Below the pieces are notes generated by a model. It was not told the origin of the DNA and did no database searches. It saw only the letters and a list, made by a program, of their open reading frames with translations. A stretch of DNA of 55,451 nucleotides from positions 1-55,451 of the forward strand of contig ADNK01002570.1 in NCBI GenBank assembly GCA_000320545.1, written 5' to 3'. Both the position numbers and the translations under genes were made by a program. This DNA is from Bigelowiella natans CCMP2755 (Eukaryota; Protista; Cercozoa). Shown piece by piece: positions 34,809 through 47,025 of this stretch; position 1 is the first letter of the stretch; every line of letters begins with the position of its first letter.

Positions 34809-37735
34809 ATGTCCCTCCGAAGAATGACATCGTCGCACCACATGAGCCACGACTCAGTTTATGTTGGTGGGACTCTCATTGAAACGAAGGAGGTTTGATT
34901 TATTTACGTTGAAGATCTGCTCTCTTAACGTACACATTCAATAGCCCACAGGCGAACAAGTAAAGAGCGGGTGGATGAAAAAAAAAAGTCCAAACACATT
35001 GATAAGAGTCAAACTCTGGCAAAGAGTAATAAAGTTAAGGACAAACTTATTACGTGCCGAAATATGAAGATACATGTTTGTCGCAGAGATATCTCGTGCT
35101 TTACAATAATCAACTTCTGTATTTCAAAGAACAAAACGATATCACCCCTGCAGGTAGTGCTAGACTTTTGTTAGTACTTTTTCAGTAGTAGTAGTAGTAG
35201 TAGTAGTAGTTGTTGTGTGATTTCGTGTTGGAAGAATCGATGAATGATGATGATATTGGTGATGGTGATGATAGTGATGAATGACGAGGGGTAGGTTGCG
35301 AGCAGAAGCAATATGCGTATAGACGTTGCTTTGAATAATTGCCAAAGGCCGAATTTATTTCTCAACCGTTGATGAGATCACCCATAAGAGTAGCTTCGAG
35401 AGGATCGACATTAAAACTACTGGTATGTTAGACTATAATTTCGGAGGCGAAAAATGACACACCTGAATCATGATGAAAATTAAATGGAAATTTAGTTCAA
35501 CAGCATCGTAAGGGGCAGACTACAAATCGAATCTATTCATTCAAGCCATTAAATAAGGAGGATGGGAGGCGATGGTACAAGGTATGTAGAGATTTGTATG
35601 TTGAGGCTACTTCAAAATCTGAGCAACTTATAATGTCAGGCCCTTATCGAGGTGCATGCACCTGAGACACAATCTAAGTACGTCCCAAAAGCTCAAGACA
35701 TTCTGGGCCAGCCTTCTTCACCTAAAGTGGACGCTCCAAGCAGAGTTAAAAAATCTACCGAGGTTGCTAATCATTGATGTCATGGGCCGTGGATACGAAC
35801 TGATACAAGCTGACACGTATTATAGTTCGTCAAGGACTCGAAGTTACTCGGAACAATTTCAATTTATGAGGATTTAGTGAAGGACCATCCCAGACTGGGA
35901 AATGTAACGAAACTGTCCTCCAAATTCTAATTTATTTTGAGGAATGAAGCATATATTAACCGTGCTGTAGATTTATCGTGCTCGGGCAGCATCTACAGTG
36001 TATACAAGTTTCCTGTTGCAAATCGTGCCGAAATCAAACACATCGCTTACAGAACTGGTTTGTTGCTTCCCAAAATGTGTGTCCGCTTCTAAATCTCAAC
36101 AATCTATTAGTACCTGCCAATTTTCAAGAAGATGCAATCTTTGCAATCTCGGTATATCATGAGAATTTCTGGTATTGGAGAAACTCATGATGCAAATTGG
36201 GCGGTAAAATGTTCAGAAGATAGTTGTGTTACGAGTTCTAACCAATAATCCCTTGAATACTAAGATATATGATTACGGGGGCAACCCTACGCTATTTCGA
36301 CATATTCGGAGGGTCGGAGCATTTCCTGAAAGAATTACAAGTATATATCGAAAGGAGTTCCAGAATTTTCAAAAATGAATTCGCTGACACCAATTTTGGT
36401 TACTTACTTCAGGGAATATTATTGCCCAAACGTTGTTAGCACTGAAGGAAATCCATAAAAAGGGATTCTTGAGTTGGAATCTAAGTCCTGAATGTATTTT
36501 TCTCGATGGAGATGGTAACAAAGAGTTTGCGGGTAATGAAAATGGATTTAAAAATCATCTGTGCAGGCAATGTATTGATTGGGGATCTACAGCTCGGACT
36601 AGCTATTGAGCATAGACGTAAACACTTATGGGAAATTAGAAGTAGAATGTGTGGTTCACTGGATTTTACCTATTTTACCTAACACAGGAGACATCCCTCT
36701 AAATGAGTACACCTCACCAGAGGATGTTAAGGGAGAGACATATACCACAGCGAGCGACTTTTGGAAGGTCCAATTTATTTTACTAAGTTTCATCTTTCCA
36801 ATCCATCCGTCTTTCTTCCACCTGTCCATTCTTCTTCACGAGTGAGGAGCAGAATGTTGAACATTTTGATTTTCCCCCTCAGCTCGGAATCTTGGCTTTT
36901 GAACTTCTTTTGGGTGTGCCCCCGACATGGACTCCGTCGCATGGCCCTCAAGATATCGAAAGTAAGATCAAAGGTATTGAGCAGGACGGCCTTAAGGATT
37001 TTCCTTCAAATATCCTCAGCGATTCAGCAAAGGTCAATAACCAATAACTAGTAGTAACTATGAAATTGCAGAAGATGAGTCCGCAATGCTGTAAGCAAAA
37101 TCAGGAGTCTCTTGATCATTTTAGGAACTAATTGGAGTACTTCTGGGTTCATCGGAGAAGCGCAAAGAGCTGAACTACAACAATATTTCAAAACTACCCT
37201 TCTTTAAGGTTTATTTTGCCGTAAAAATGAGAAGGAAAGTATGTAACCTACGCATTTAATTTAGAACGTGGATTTCAAAACAATGCAAATTCGAGGTCAT
37301 CAGTCGCCCAATGACGAATGGTGGGAGCATAATATTTGCTCTTTTTGTCCATGTAAGCTATGCCCAAGGCCTTTCGTTGCAACCGACGCACAGAGTAAAT
37401 AATTTTGTGTTTACATGCAGCACTGTACGAGGTGTATCCGGATGATCAAGACGTTGACTGTGTGGAAATCATACCTGATGGTAAAATCACATTGAAACAT
37501 TGTGAAACGCGCACCTATATGATTATAATGATATAAAACAGTCAATCAAAAGTCGAGCATAGAGTTCTTCGTGGGCTTGCCGCATAGTGGTAATTTCCCT
37601 CCCTCAATCTATTGACACACGATCTGAATTCCATGCAATTTAATCATGTTGAACTAGATGATGAAGAGAACGACAACTCCCCTTCGGTAGCCACGTATTC
37701 TAGTATTTTACATGCTTAACTTACAGAATTTCTAA
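34809..37735 (+). CDS. PH domain plus AGC-family (Akt/PKB-like) pseudokinase, multi-exon; possibly one gene with the downstream PTEN-like part
   Basis: PH: VKSGWMKK, RYLVLYNNQLLYFK, RIYSFKPLNKEDGRRWYKAL. Kinase: IIDVMGRG, YDYGGNPTLFRHIRR, IIAQTLLALKEIHKKGFLSWNLSPECIFLDGDGNVLIGDLQLG, EYTSPEDVKGETYTTASDFWKLGILAFELLLGVPP, LSDSAKELIGVLL, LPFFKNVDF. Confidence 0.85.
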
Positions 37736-37759
37736 ATAACTTCACACGATACACGACTG

Positions 37760-38923
37760 ATGGAAAATTACCCGAACAAAATCGCCAAGAACAAACCAAA
37801 CGTGCGAAAGTAAGAGCCAGAAATATAATTTTGAGTTTATTTCTCACTTTTGCTCGTTACCAGTAGCGGGTGGGATCCTCGGGAGAGAAAATTCAGATCC
37901 TTGAAACGATTTGTCCGGTATGATTCAGAGCCCATGTATCATTAATTTTCTCATTCATTGTTCCCTTTCAGCGAGCACATTGTCAACAGATACAAAGAAG
38001 ACGGATTTGATTTGGATTTATCCTGTAATAGAGATTCATATTTAGTGATGTTTCCGTACCGATATACATGAATACTATGGTAAGATATCACACCAGAAAT
38101 AATCGCAATGTCATATCCGACGTCACTGGATGAGGATAGAGATCGTAATAAGATCAAGGATATTCAACGGTAAATGAAAAGTATTTATTATGTTCAGCAA
38201 ATACAGAGTTCAGGATCTTTAGGTTGTTCAACATGAAGCACAAGAATGCAGTGAAAGTGTACAATCTGTCCACGAAAGAAGAATTTGATTCTAAAGCTAT
38301 CAAAGTCTACGAACCGCAGGTTTGAATTTTGTCATTCTCATACCAAATTTGGCTAACAATATATTGTTTCATAGAGCACCTACGCCATTGAGATTGGGAG
38401 CCCATGCTGTTTTCAAACTTTGATTGAGTTCTGTGAGGTAGCACTTATCCTGTAAACTACGATGAATATATGGTTTATGAGTATATTACAAAATCAACCT
38501 ATTAGGATGTACAATCTTGGATGAGAAAACCTGGAAATATAATTGCAGTTCAATGTAGCACAGGGAAGGTATATCAATGTGTACAAATGCTGATTCTCTG
38601 AATTTCCTGATATCATCTCATCTATTTCTAATAGGGCCGCACCGGTATGCTCATATCGGCATATTTAACCTTTGCCAAAGTTTGTGCAACAGCCGACGAA
38701 TCCCTCAAATTATACGCGGAAATGCGAACAAAAGATAAAAAAGCTGTATGGAAGTTTCATATAATCACTAAAAGTCGACTAATTAGTAATTATATCCATA
38801 TATTTTGTTAGGTTACGATTCCCTCACAACGACGGTATGTCCATCACTTTGGACAATTCCTTCAAAATTACTATTGGCCTAGTCCACGCGCTCCTATGTT
38901 CCAATGGTACAGAGAGGATGTTT

Positions 38924-38963
<40 letters not shown>

Positions 38964-39781
38964 TATAGACTTTTTTTACATATGCTATTCATATCTTGTA
39001 GGCGAAGACCGATGACAATTCAGCACATTAGACTCAGTCCTGTGCCTAGCTTTGGAATCACTGGAGATTGTGACCCTCATTTTCTTGTCAGTAGGACTGA
39101 AAGACTACGCGAACTTTGATTGAAATTTTAATATCTTGTAAAGGTTTATCGTGATGGAGAAGAAGACGAATTGCTATATGACTCGTCTACTGCTGAAAGT
39201 GAAAGGTTCGGAGATAATTCACATCAAGATTCGGATACTTATAACTAAAAGCTAATATGACTTTAATTTCAGAAAACGGTATAGTAAAAAGGCTGATGCA
39301 ACCGTGGAACTACTATGCAATATCAAGCTCGAGGGAGACACTAAGGTGCTTCTAATGTTTTCTTAGAAAAAAACGATTAAAAGAATGCGTTTTCTATATA
39401 TTATTTTATGCACTTTTATTAATTTTGTACTTGTTATAAATTAGTTCGTCTTCTACCATCGGAATCTACCGAAGGATACCGACCATTCTCTCAATTCCTC
39501 TCCAGACTCTATTCGCGTATTCTCCTTTTGGATACACGCAAGTTTCATCGAAGTCATTCTAATACTCATGCATGTGCCAAATAGTTTATTAATTGCGTTA
39601 AATATCGTTTTTGAAACAGAATGATTATTTGACGCTGGGTAGAGAAGATCTAGACAATGCGCGGAACGTGAGCAGTCCACCTCAATTCAAAAGGAAATTC
39701 GATGACGAATTCAAATGCGAGTTGTTTTTTTTTCCTGATAATTCTGACATCCGTTCGATTGTGAAGCAGCAGCAACAATAA
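37760..39781 (+). CDS. PTEN-like phosphatase plus C2 domain, multi-exon
   Basis: [101 protein letters not shown]. Stop TAA at 39779-39781. Confidence 0.92.
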
Positions 39782-40307
39782 ATTGCATGTTCATTCAAAG
39801 TAGAGTCATGTTTTTAGTTTTCAGTTAATCAAATTTATTACTTCATTGTTAAATTGTGAATTTCAGCATTCAACAAACGGTAGTACATTGCGCTTTTCTA
39901 GGTGCAATCTCGCACCACGGATTTACAGCATGCGGCAGATTACAAGCAAATGATTTTCTATTTACGTGCTGGCCGTTTATGCATGAAGGGCTGTGCGCTG
40001 TGCGAGAATTTTGTGCCAAAATAGAATCGATGATGTGCACAATGCATGACACGCACAATTGACGTGATGCAACACGCCATGCATCTACTAGATCTGGCTT
40101 CGTGTGTCGATTTCATCGATGTGAGACTCTAGCGGACTCACAAAGTTCTAGATTTATGATTGAATATGACTTCGCAACACGAACAATTCCATCATGCATG
40201 ATCATCATGAATTTATTCGGCTTGTCGTATGCTATGCTAGTATGTGTCATCTAGTTCATGTTTCGCCACCGGAATAATTGTTGCCTTTTTTAAGAGGATG
40301 CTCTTGT

Positions 40308-42272
40308 TCAAAGTGCATTGCTCTCATTTCCCCCCTTAGCTATCATGTTTGCTACACTCCCGCCAGCGATGCTCATGTTTGCATTCACCACAGAGCCGTT
40401 GCCGACATCCTCTTTCACCTCTTTTTGGACCAGTGGTTTGAAGATTGGCTCGCCGTTCTTCTCCCGATGCACCATGAACAAAACAAAGATAATGCTGAGC
40501 AAAACTACAACCCCGAGGATAACAATAGCTGCAATAGCTCCTCTAGAGAGAACCTCTTTCTCATCATCCTTTGCATCACTTGGTTGAGGGCAATTCAGCA
40601 GGTTTGCTTTCTCAGAGTCGTAGTCCCAACGTGGTGTTAAGTCTATGTTGCAATAGGGCGCGTTCCTAGGAAATAACTGATCCACCGGATCTGCAAGGCC
40701 AGCAAGTTCGCTGTCAATAATGGCGGCTTTATTCACGGCATGGATCATTGTTTTTCGGACTTGAAGTTCATTTGTAGGAGATTTGGCAGTGTTAAAAATG
40801 ATTATTCGGTTCTGGAAAGATTCGGTGAGAATCACATGGAAGCTTGCAGTGCGATTTATCCTGAACTCTTCGACATCCGCTGGGGCCAACACGCCTTCTC
40901 CGATTACCATATCAAGCTCCGTTGAGAGGAGAGCAGCTTTCACTGAGGATGAATTCTGGTAACGGATAAGGCGCATGAACTCTACAACGGCCCCGGTGGT
41001 AGTCGTATCCCAGTGATTCTCGTTCCTCTTGAAAATCACTTCGCTCACGTCGCCATTTGCATCCGTTATAGAAGTAATGTACTCCCAGCGACCGGTGCCA
41101 GAGATGCCAAGAATGCCAGCACAGGTCACCGTGATGCCGTCGTTCGTTGCAGATCCCCACCCCGTTGGACAGGAGTTCTGTGTAAGTGGGTCATTTGCAT
41201 ACTGACCGACAAACATGGTGGGAGATAGCATCCTCAAAGGCCGGATGTAGGTCAGCTCCTGCAGCAGAGGGTAGTATTTGTCCCTAGTCGTAATCTCGAA
41301 GACATATGTGCTACTGCAGTTCCAACTATTAATTTGTTTGGGTAGGTTGTACCACCCATGCCAGTCTGCTGTGGTGAGGGGTGGGGCCAAAACGTTATCA
41401 AAATTTAGCTTGGCCACTGAACAATTCCAGGGGGCACCATCATGGAACGTAACGCCTTGACGCAGGTTGAAAGTGTAGCGTTGTCCACCTCCAGAGATGT
41501 CTGCAACTGTCCAAGATGTTGCAAGAGACGGGATGATCGCGCCCTCGCTACCATAATCGACTAATCCTTCGTATACCCAATTATTAGCGAAGAACTCATT
41601 TGGACGGTAAGAGTGCGGGTCGAGACGGCCAATGCCTGCGAATAAACCAGTCTGACCTCCAGGAGAGACAGTGATGTTTCGCGATCCGCTGTCCACTCTC
41701 AAGGTGTGCATCGGATAATCAAACTGTTGGGCACCACGTTGATAGCCCGAAAGGCGGTTGTTGATGACAGCAGGAATACGTTTGCCAGAGAATGGTAGCT
41801 CGGTGGCCTGAGAATGTAGCACACCGAGAATTTTCCTCCAACCCTCCTCGCGGGCAAGCTCAGTCTCCCGAGTAAGGACTTCATCTATCATTGTGGAGAG
41901 CGCCGATTGCGTATATGGTTCTGGAAGTCCGCGTAGAGCTGCATAGTATGCTTCGTCGGGGGTGTTCCACGATGCGGCATACGAGTGCGGGTCATAAGGT
42001 GGGCCCCAAGTCTCTGAGAAAGCTAAGTTGAAATTACCAGCTACCATTTCTGCATTAAACGGGTCCTTCGCCAACAGTCGTGTGGAGACGTTTACACCAA
42101 CTTTCGCGAGCTCCGAGCGAACATCGTCTTCAAGCGCAAGCAAAGTTGCGTCACCATCGAGCACGATGAAATCAACATCTATTTGCCTGCAGTTATCTCC
42201 ACCCAAATGCTGGGCCAGAGAGGGCGAAATTGCAAGGAAGAGCGCAACAACCGCCGCCATGGAGGTCCGCAT
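40308..42272 (-). CDS. nikA: Intronless NikA-like nickel/metallophore solute-binding protein (SBP family 5), circularly permuted, with signal peptide and C-terminal TM anchor
   Basis: TWGPPYDPH, GRLDPHSYRPNEFFANNWVYEGLV, YYPLLQELTYIRPLR and NTAKSPTNELQVRKTMIHAVNK match NikA. Likely start MRTSMAAVVALFLAISPSLA at 42272 (ORF open from 42425). TM AIAAIVILGVVVLLSIIFVLFMV. Confidence 0.9.
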   Translation of the reverse strand: MRTSMAAVVALFLAISPSLAQHLGGDNCRQIDVDFIVLDGDATLLALEDDVRSELAKVGVNVSTRLLAKDPFNAEMVAGNFNLAFSETWGPPYDPHSYAASWNTPDEAYYAALRGLPEPYTQSALSTMIDEVLTRETELAREEGWRKILGVLHSQATELPFSGKRIPAVINNRLSGYQRGAQQFDYPMHTLRVDSGSRNITVSPGGQTGLFAGIGRLDPHSYRPNEFFANNWVYEGLVDYGSEGAIIPSLATSWTVADISGGGQRYTFNLRQGVTFHDGAPWNCSVAKLNFDNVLAPPLTTADWHGWYNLPKQINSWNCSSTYVFEITTRDKYYPLLQELTYIRPLRMLSPTMFVGQYANDPLTQNSCPTGWGSATNDGITVTCAGILGISGTGRWEYITSITDANGDVSEVIFKRNENHWDTTTTGAVVEFMRLIRYQNSSSVKAALLSTELDMVIGEGVLAPADVEEFRINRTASFHVILTESFQNRIIIFNTAKSPTNELQVRKTMIHAVNKAAIIDSELAGLADPVDQLFPRNAPYCNIDLTPRWDYDSEKANLLNCPQPSDAKDDEKEVLSRGAIAAIVILGVVVLLSIIFVLFMVHREKNGEPIFKPLVQKEVKEDVGNGSVVNANMSIAGGSVANMIAKGGNESNAL

Positions 42273-42670
42273 GTTTGGAATGTGCGAAGGATCACTGCGA
42301 GCAAAGGCACTAAGAGCAACGGTGAACGCCACTGCGAGTTGCGAATCGACATTGCGAATGCTCGGGAAATGTGGCAAAATCTTAAAGAAATCCCAATGAA
42401 AGGTCTGACGCTTTTCCGAAACCACCTGTAATATTCGGTCTAGGCATTGCGAACAGCGGTGCTCAAATAAGAGTATACATTAAGATCTAATTATCCAAAA
42501 AAACGGTCCTAAAAGGTCAGATCTCATAAAATTTCGGGTCAGAGTCAGCCCAGGACAAAACATGCTCGCGTCAGGGTACATGTATCCAAAAGAACTCGAG
42601 AGAGTCTCTGAGGTTCGGGTTTGCGACAAAAATATCCAAGAGGGTATCCTGCAGGATTATTAATCTTGAT

Positions 42671-44497
42671 ATGATGGCAGAAGGTAAGGGGGAGAATCTT
42701 GCGTGTTTGTTGAAAAAGCGCCCCGTTGGGGCTCCATCGGTGGAGGAGACTTTCGAGATCCAAAAGGTGGCAAAACCTTCTCTTAGTGAGGACGGACAGG
42801 TAGCATGGCAGCCAGAAACATCTGTTGCCTGTTTTTCACCAAATATTTTTGTTAGGTACTGATTCGCATCCTGATGATTAGCGTCGACCCATATATGAGG
42901 GGCCGAATGAACGACAACAAGTCGTATTTCACGGCACCTTTCGAAGTAATGTTAATCATGACGACGTAATTGCATGAAAAAGCATTGTATCCAATAAATC
43001 GGTATTTTTCTTCCGAGGGTGGTTGGAAAAGAGTTGGTGAGATTTTTTTTTTTAAATGTCAAGTGGAGATTATCAGGATGAGAGGGCAGCAACACCATCT
43101 ATCTATGCTGTTGCCTCTCTACCCAATCGCACCTTCCTTCAACAAGGAAAAATGGGGAAGTTTGTATGCTGGAAATCTAGTCGAGTAGAATTGAGAAGCA
43201 TGATTTTTTGCTCGCTCGTTCCTTCTCCGACGAATTGACACTGACTTACTAGGTTGGCAAACCCTTGTCGGGGGGGGTCGCAGCTGAAGTAGTCGAGAGT
43301 CGGAGCGCCGACCTGAAGCCCGGCGACAAGGTTTTGGGGTTTCTTCCGTGGCTAAAGTACCTTGTGGTAGCGGCCAATACCTTGAGAAAACTCGACACAA
43401 GCGTGGTGCCATTGGAAAAGTATCTCAGCAGTGCAGGATACTCTGGTCTCTCTTCTTACCTCCCTATCAAGTATATCGCAGCTCCCAAGGTTCGTAGTTT
43501 GCACCACCGTAATATTCATGTATGTGTTTATCTGTCTCTCTTCTGATTTGTGATTTCTGAAACTATATCTCGATGAAATCAAGGCAGGGGAAACTGTGTT
43601 CGTGACTGGTGGCGCCGGTGCGGTTGGATCATGCGCGTGCCAGATCTTCTTCAGCTATGGTTGCAAGGTTATCTCGTGCGCTGGAAGTGCCGAGAAAGTG
43701 AAATGGCTGCAAGATCTTGGAATCGAAGCGTTTAACTACAAAGAATGCGCTCTCGAAGACGCTTTGATGAAATTCTGCCCAAAAGGCATTGATATTTATT
43801 GGGACAACGTCGGTGGGGAGATGCTGGAAACTACACTTAACCATATGAACAATTTTGGTCGTGTTGTGTGCTGCGGAATGATTTCGCAGTATAATAAAGC
43901 CCCCAAGGACAGGTGGGTAAAATATGTAGCTTCGCCATCAAAATCACAACTTCGCTGGGTTAGCTAGATTTTCTCCCTTGCATTCCCTATTATGATGGAT
44001 CGGTCCATAAGTGCAGCATAGACGCCAATCTACCCTTAAATGTGACTGGAATGTGACCGAGAGTAGAAAAGCCTTCACAATTACGTTTAATAATTGCACT
44101 TTGTGGAAACTCTAACACTATTCCCTGAATTCTTGGTTGTCTTACACCTGTGTCATGTTACATCCTTGATGAGAACGACAAATAGACAGCGCTTTAGAGA
44201 TCGTTATTTGATAGAATATTTCAACTCTCCTATCTCACAATTATGTCCTTGTCCCTCAGGTATGGCATTAAGAACCTATTCCTCGTCGTGACCAAGAGAT
44301 TAAAGCTTCAGGGCTTCATCATGAGCGACTACAACGAGGAACAAAGAGTAGCTGCGACAAAGGAACTTATCAGATTGATCTGCGGAGGAAAGCTGAAGAC
44401 CACGGAAACTATTATGAATGGTTTTGAAAAGGTACCGGAAGCATTCTGTGGACTATTTACCGGGAAAAATTTGGGTAAAATGCTTGTGAAAATTTGA
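42671..44497 (+). CDS. NADP-dependent alkenal/prostaglandin reductase (MDR family), about 5 exons
   Basis: LKKRPVGAPS, ISVDPYMRGRM, VFVTGGAGAVGS, GIDIYWDNVGG, GRVVCCGMISQYN, GLFTGKNLGKMLVKI. Confidence 0.95.
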
Positions 44498-45419
44498 AGC
44501 AAAGATCCGTTTAGCTTCACGCATACGCAAATGGGTCTTTTTTAACATTTGCATCGTAAAACTGTTCAAACACCATGTCAAATAATGGGAAGTAGTCTGG
44601 AAGCAATTGGCGTCATGCTATCGATCGAAAGTATCATCAACAATGGATCCTGTGCATATTCCGGTGACTTACCCATGCGCTACCATGCAAGCATGCAAGT
44701 GCACATGGCAAAGGCGACGGCGTTTGTTCATCAAGAACTAAGGAAAATATCTCCTTCATGACACCTGGAATCATGCGACACACAAGATGCACTTTCCATT
44801 AACCATGAATTTGATATCTTTGCACACATGGCAACTGCCACATAGCTACTCTAGATAATCATCTAGCACTCCTACTATGCTAGCCTGGTTCATCATCAGA
44901 ATTGCCATCACTCGACTAGCCTCGAACTGCTATCTGCTACTCTACTTGTCTAGTACTCCTCGCAATCGTGCCCTAGGAGAACTCTAGAGCTCACTGTGCC
45001 GTGTGTCGAAATGCACAAAATGATCGATCTACACCTTGCGCATGATGCAGCTGATTGGTGCTCACCATGCATGCATGCTCCATCGCACGTCACAGAGCGA
45101 TGTAGTGACGTAGCCTAGTAGTTAGCATCGCATATGGTCCAAAAGTCAGAAAAGTGCGGTTGCATCATTGAAGAAATTGTGAGATGCTCAATGATTATCA
45201 TCTCACATTGTCTTGTTTGCCATGAGATCGCATGCAGCGTTTACACATTTTCGACACTACAGACACAACACATTGTGCTTTCGGTTAATCTCTCATACAC
45301 AAATGGCCAATTTCATGATGTTGCTAAGCTAGCAATTCAATGAGCGACCTCGCATGTCTCCCATGACAGGAAATAGGAAACATTGCAAGTGTCACAAGTA
45401 TGCATGACTAACTCTCATT

Positions 45420-46396
45420 CTAGTGCTATCAAATACGCTTCGAACCGTTCAACCATAGAAACAAGTTGATCCCTGTTCAGAGCCTCGATGTCTTGGAAGT
45501 TTGGAATGACACATAACTTCAGAGCATTTACAACCTGAAGGACGAAAACTAAGTCGTCCTTCAGAAAATCCATGCCAAACTTATTTGTTGCTGAGGATAT
45601 AGTTCAGGAAAAGAAAAAATACTAAATCGAGAGCATTTTATTGTCGATGTTATTAGGTACACTTCACATTGTAAATTGGAATTCAAGAAAACAATACGAT
45701 TCTTCAGTTAAAGAAAATAGTGTTTGTGAAATAACCTTCATCTAGTAGCACCAGACCACTATTGCATTCGGGCGAATTTGGTTTGAACAGATTAGCAACG
45801 ATGACGGGAAAAAATGCTCTGATGCTTTCGGTGTTCAATTGTTGGAATTGAAGATCTGAAATCTTAATTAGAATTTTTTGAAGCTCCATGGGGGAATTGT
45901 TCTTGTGCGAAATCTTTTCAAATTACGATGATGTAAGCGAGAGTGAATCATTGAGAGAGTTGAAGTCTATTCCACTCGATTTTACCTCCAGATTTAAATC
46001 TTCTTCATTAAGCACTTCTTGTGGAGAAAGCTTTCGAACAGGAGCATCTTCAAACAAGCTATGCTTTCCCTCTGTTAGATCATCTCGCGGTTTCGAAGTT
46101 GAAGGCAGAGAAGAGTTACTACATGACATGTGTTTGTCTTGTGTTGGTCTTTCAAAATATCGATCCTCATCAGTCTTCAGAATTTTCAAGACCTTAACTA
46201 CAGCATTGTGTGTCTTTTCCAGGATGGAAAACTGGTGTCTCTGCATCTCCAACAGTTTGCGCTGTTTGTCTCGAACATCGATCAAATTCTCTTTATTCTC
46301 CATTCTTGAGAAATAATTGGTGATTGGGCCCTTTACTGACCTCTGCTATTCTTTTGGAACTTTATCAACATCAGAGAAAAATGATCAATGAGCCAT
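45420..46396 (-). CDS. Hypothetical multi-exon protein; ends approximate
   Basis: Adjacent same-strand ORFs 46303-45923 and 45889-45704 with coiled-coil-like N-part; no domain recognised. Confidence 0.4.
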
Positions 46397-47025
46397 GTCA
46401 AATTCCCATCATGCATTAACATGCATTATATTTACACAAAATGTTTTCGGTTCAAGACGCGTTCTTGGTCGGTTCCAGACGCGTCACTCAAAGCTGCATT
46501 AATATTATCATTCAAAACGTAGGAAAGTAAGGAAAGGACTTTTTCACTTTTTCAACATCAGAGAGTGAGTACATGATCGATTGAAATCACGGATGTGGCG
46601 TTGCGGAGAAGAGCTTTGCTTTACTTACCGAATTTGATATTTGATTCATGCGCATCCCCATTTTTGTGTGCGACAAAGAAAATTAGTGTCCCTCACTACA
46701 TTCTTATCAAAGTAAACCAAATGATTTCCCGCCACTTTTCGAGCAAGTTGAACGTCACAGCAGAACTTTCAATTCTATCAAACGGTAAAGGATCATGGAA
46801 AGGACGCAAAACCATCCAAAATCTATCATGAAGGGAAATCAACGGTATGTGATAATCGACATAGATGTGCATGCGTTTTTCACATCACAAATACGATGTT
46901 TCATGGGTTCCTGAACACTACGAAGATCATGGAGTAGGAACAAGAAACAGTGGAAGAAACGTCAAAATTTTATTTTCAAGATCTCAGCTTATGCTCATCG
47001 TGACATTTCTCCAGTCCGTTGTAAC

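Noticed and set aside
40308-42425. NikA-like gene as bacterial contamination
   Set aside because: Flanked by intron-containing genes, lacks operon partners, and has a eukaryote-style signal peptide and TM tail. Read-level confirmation is still advisable.
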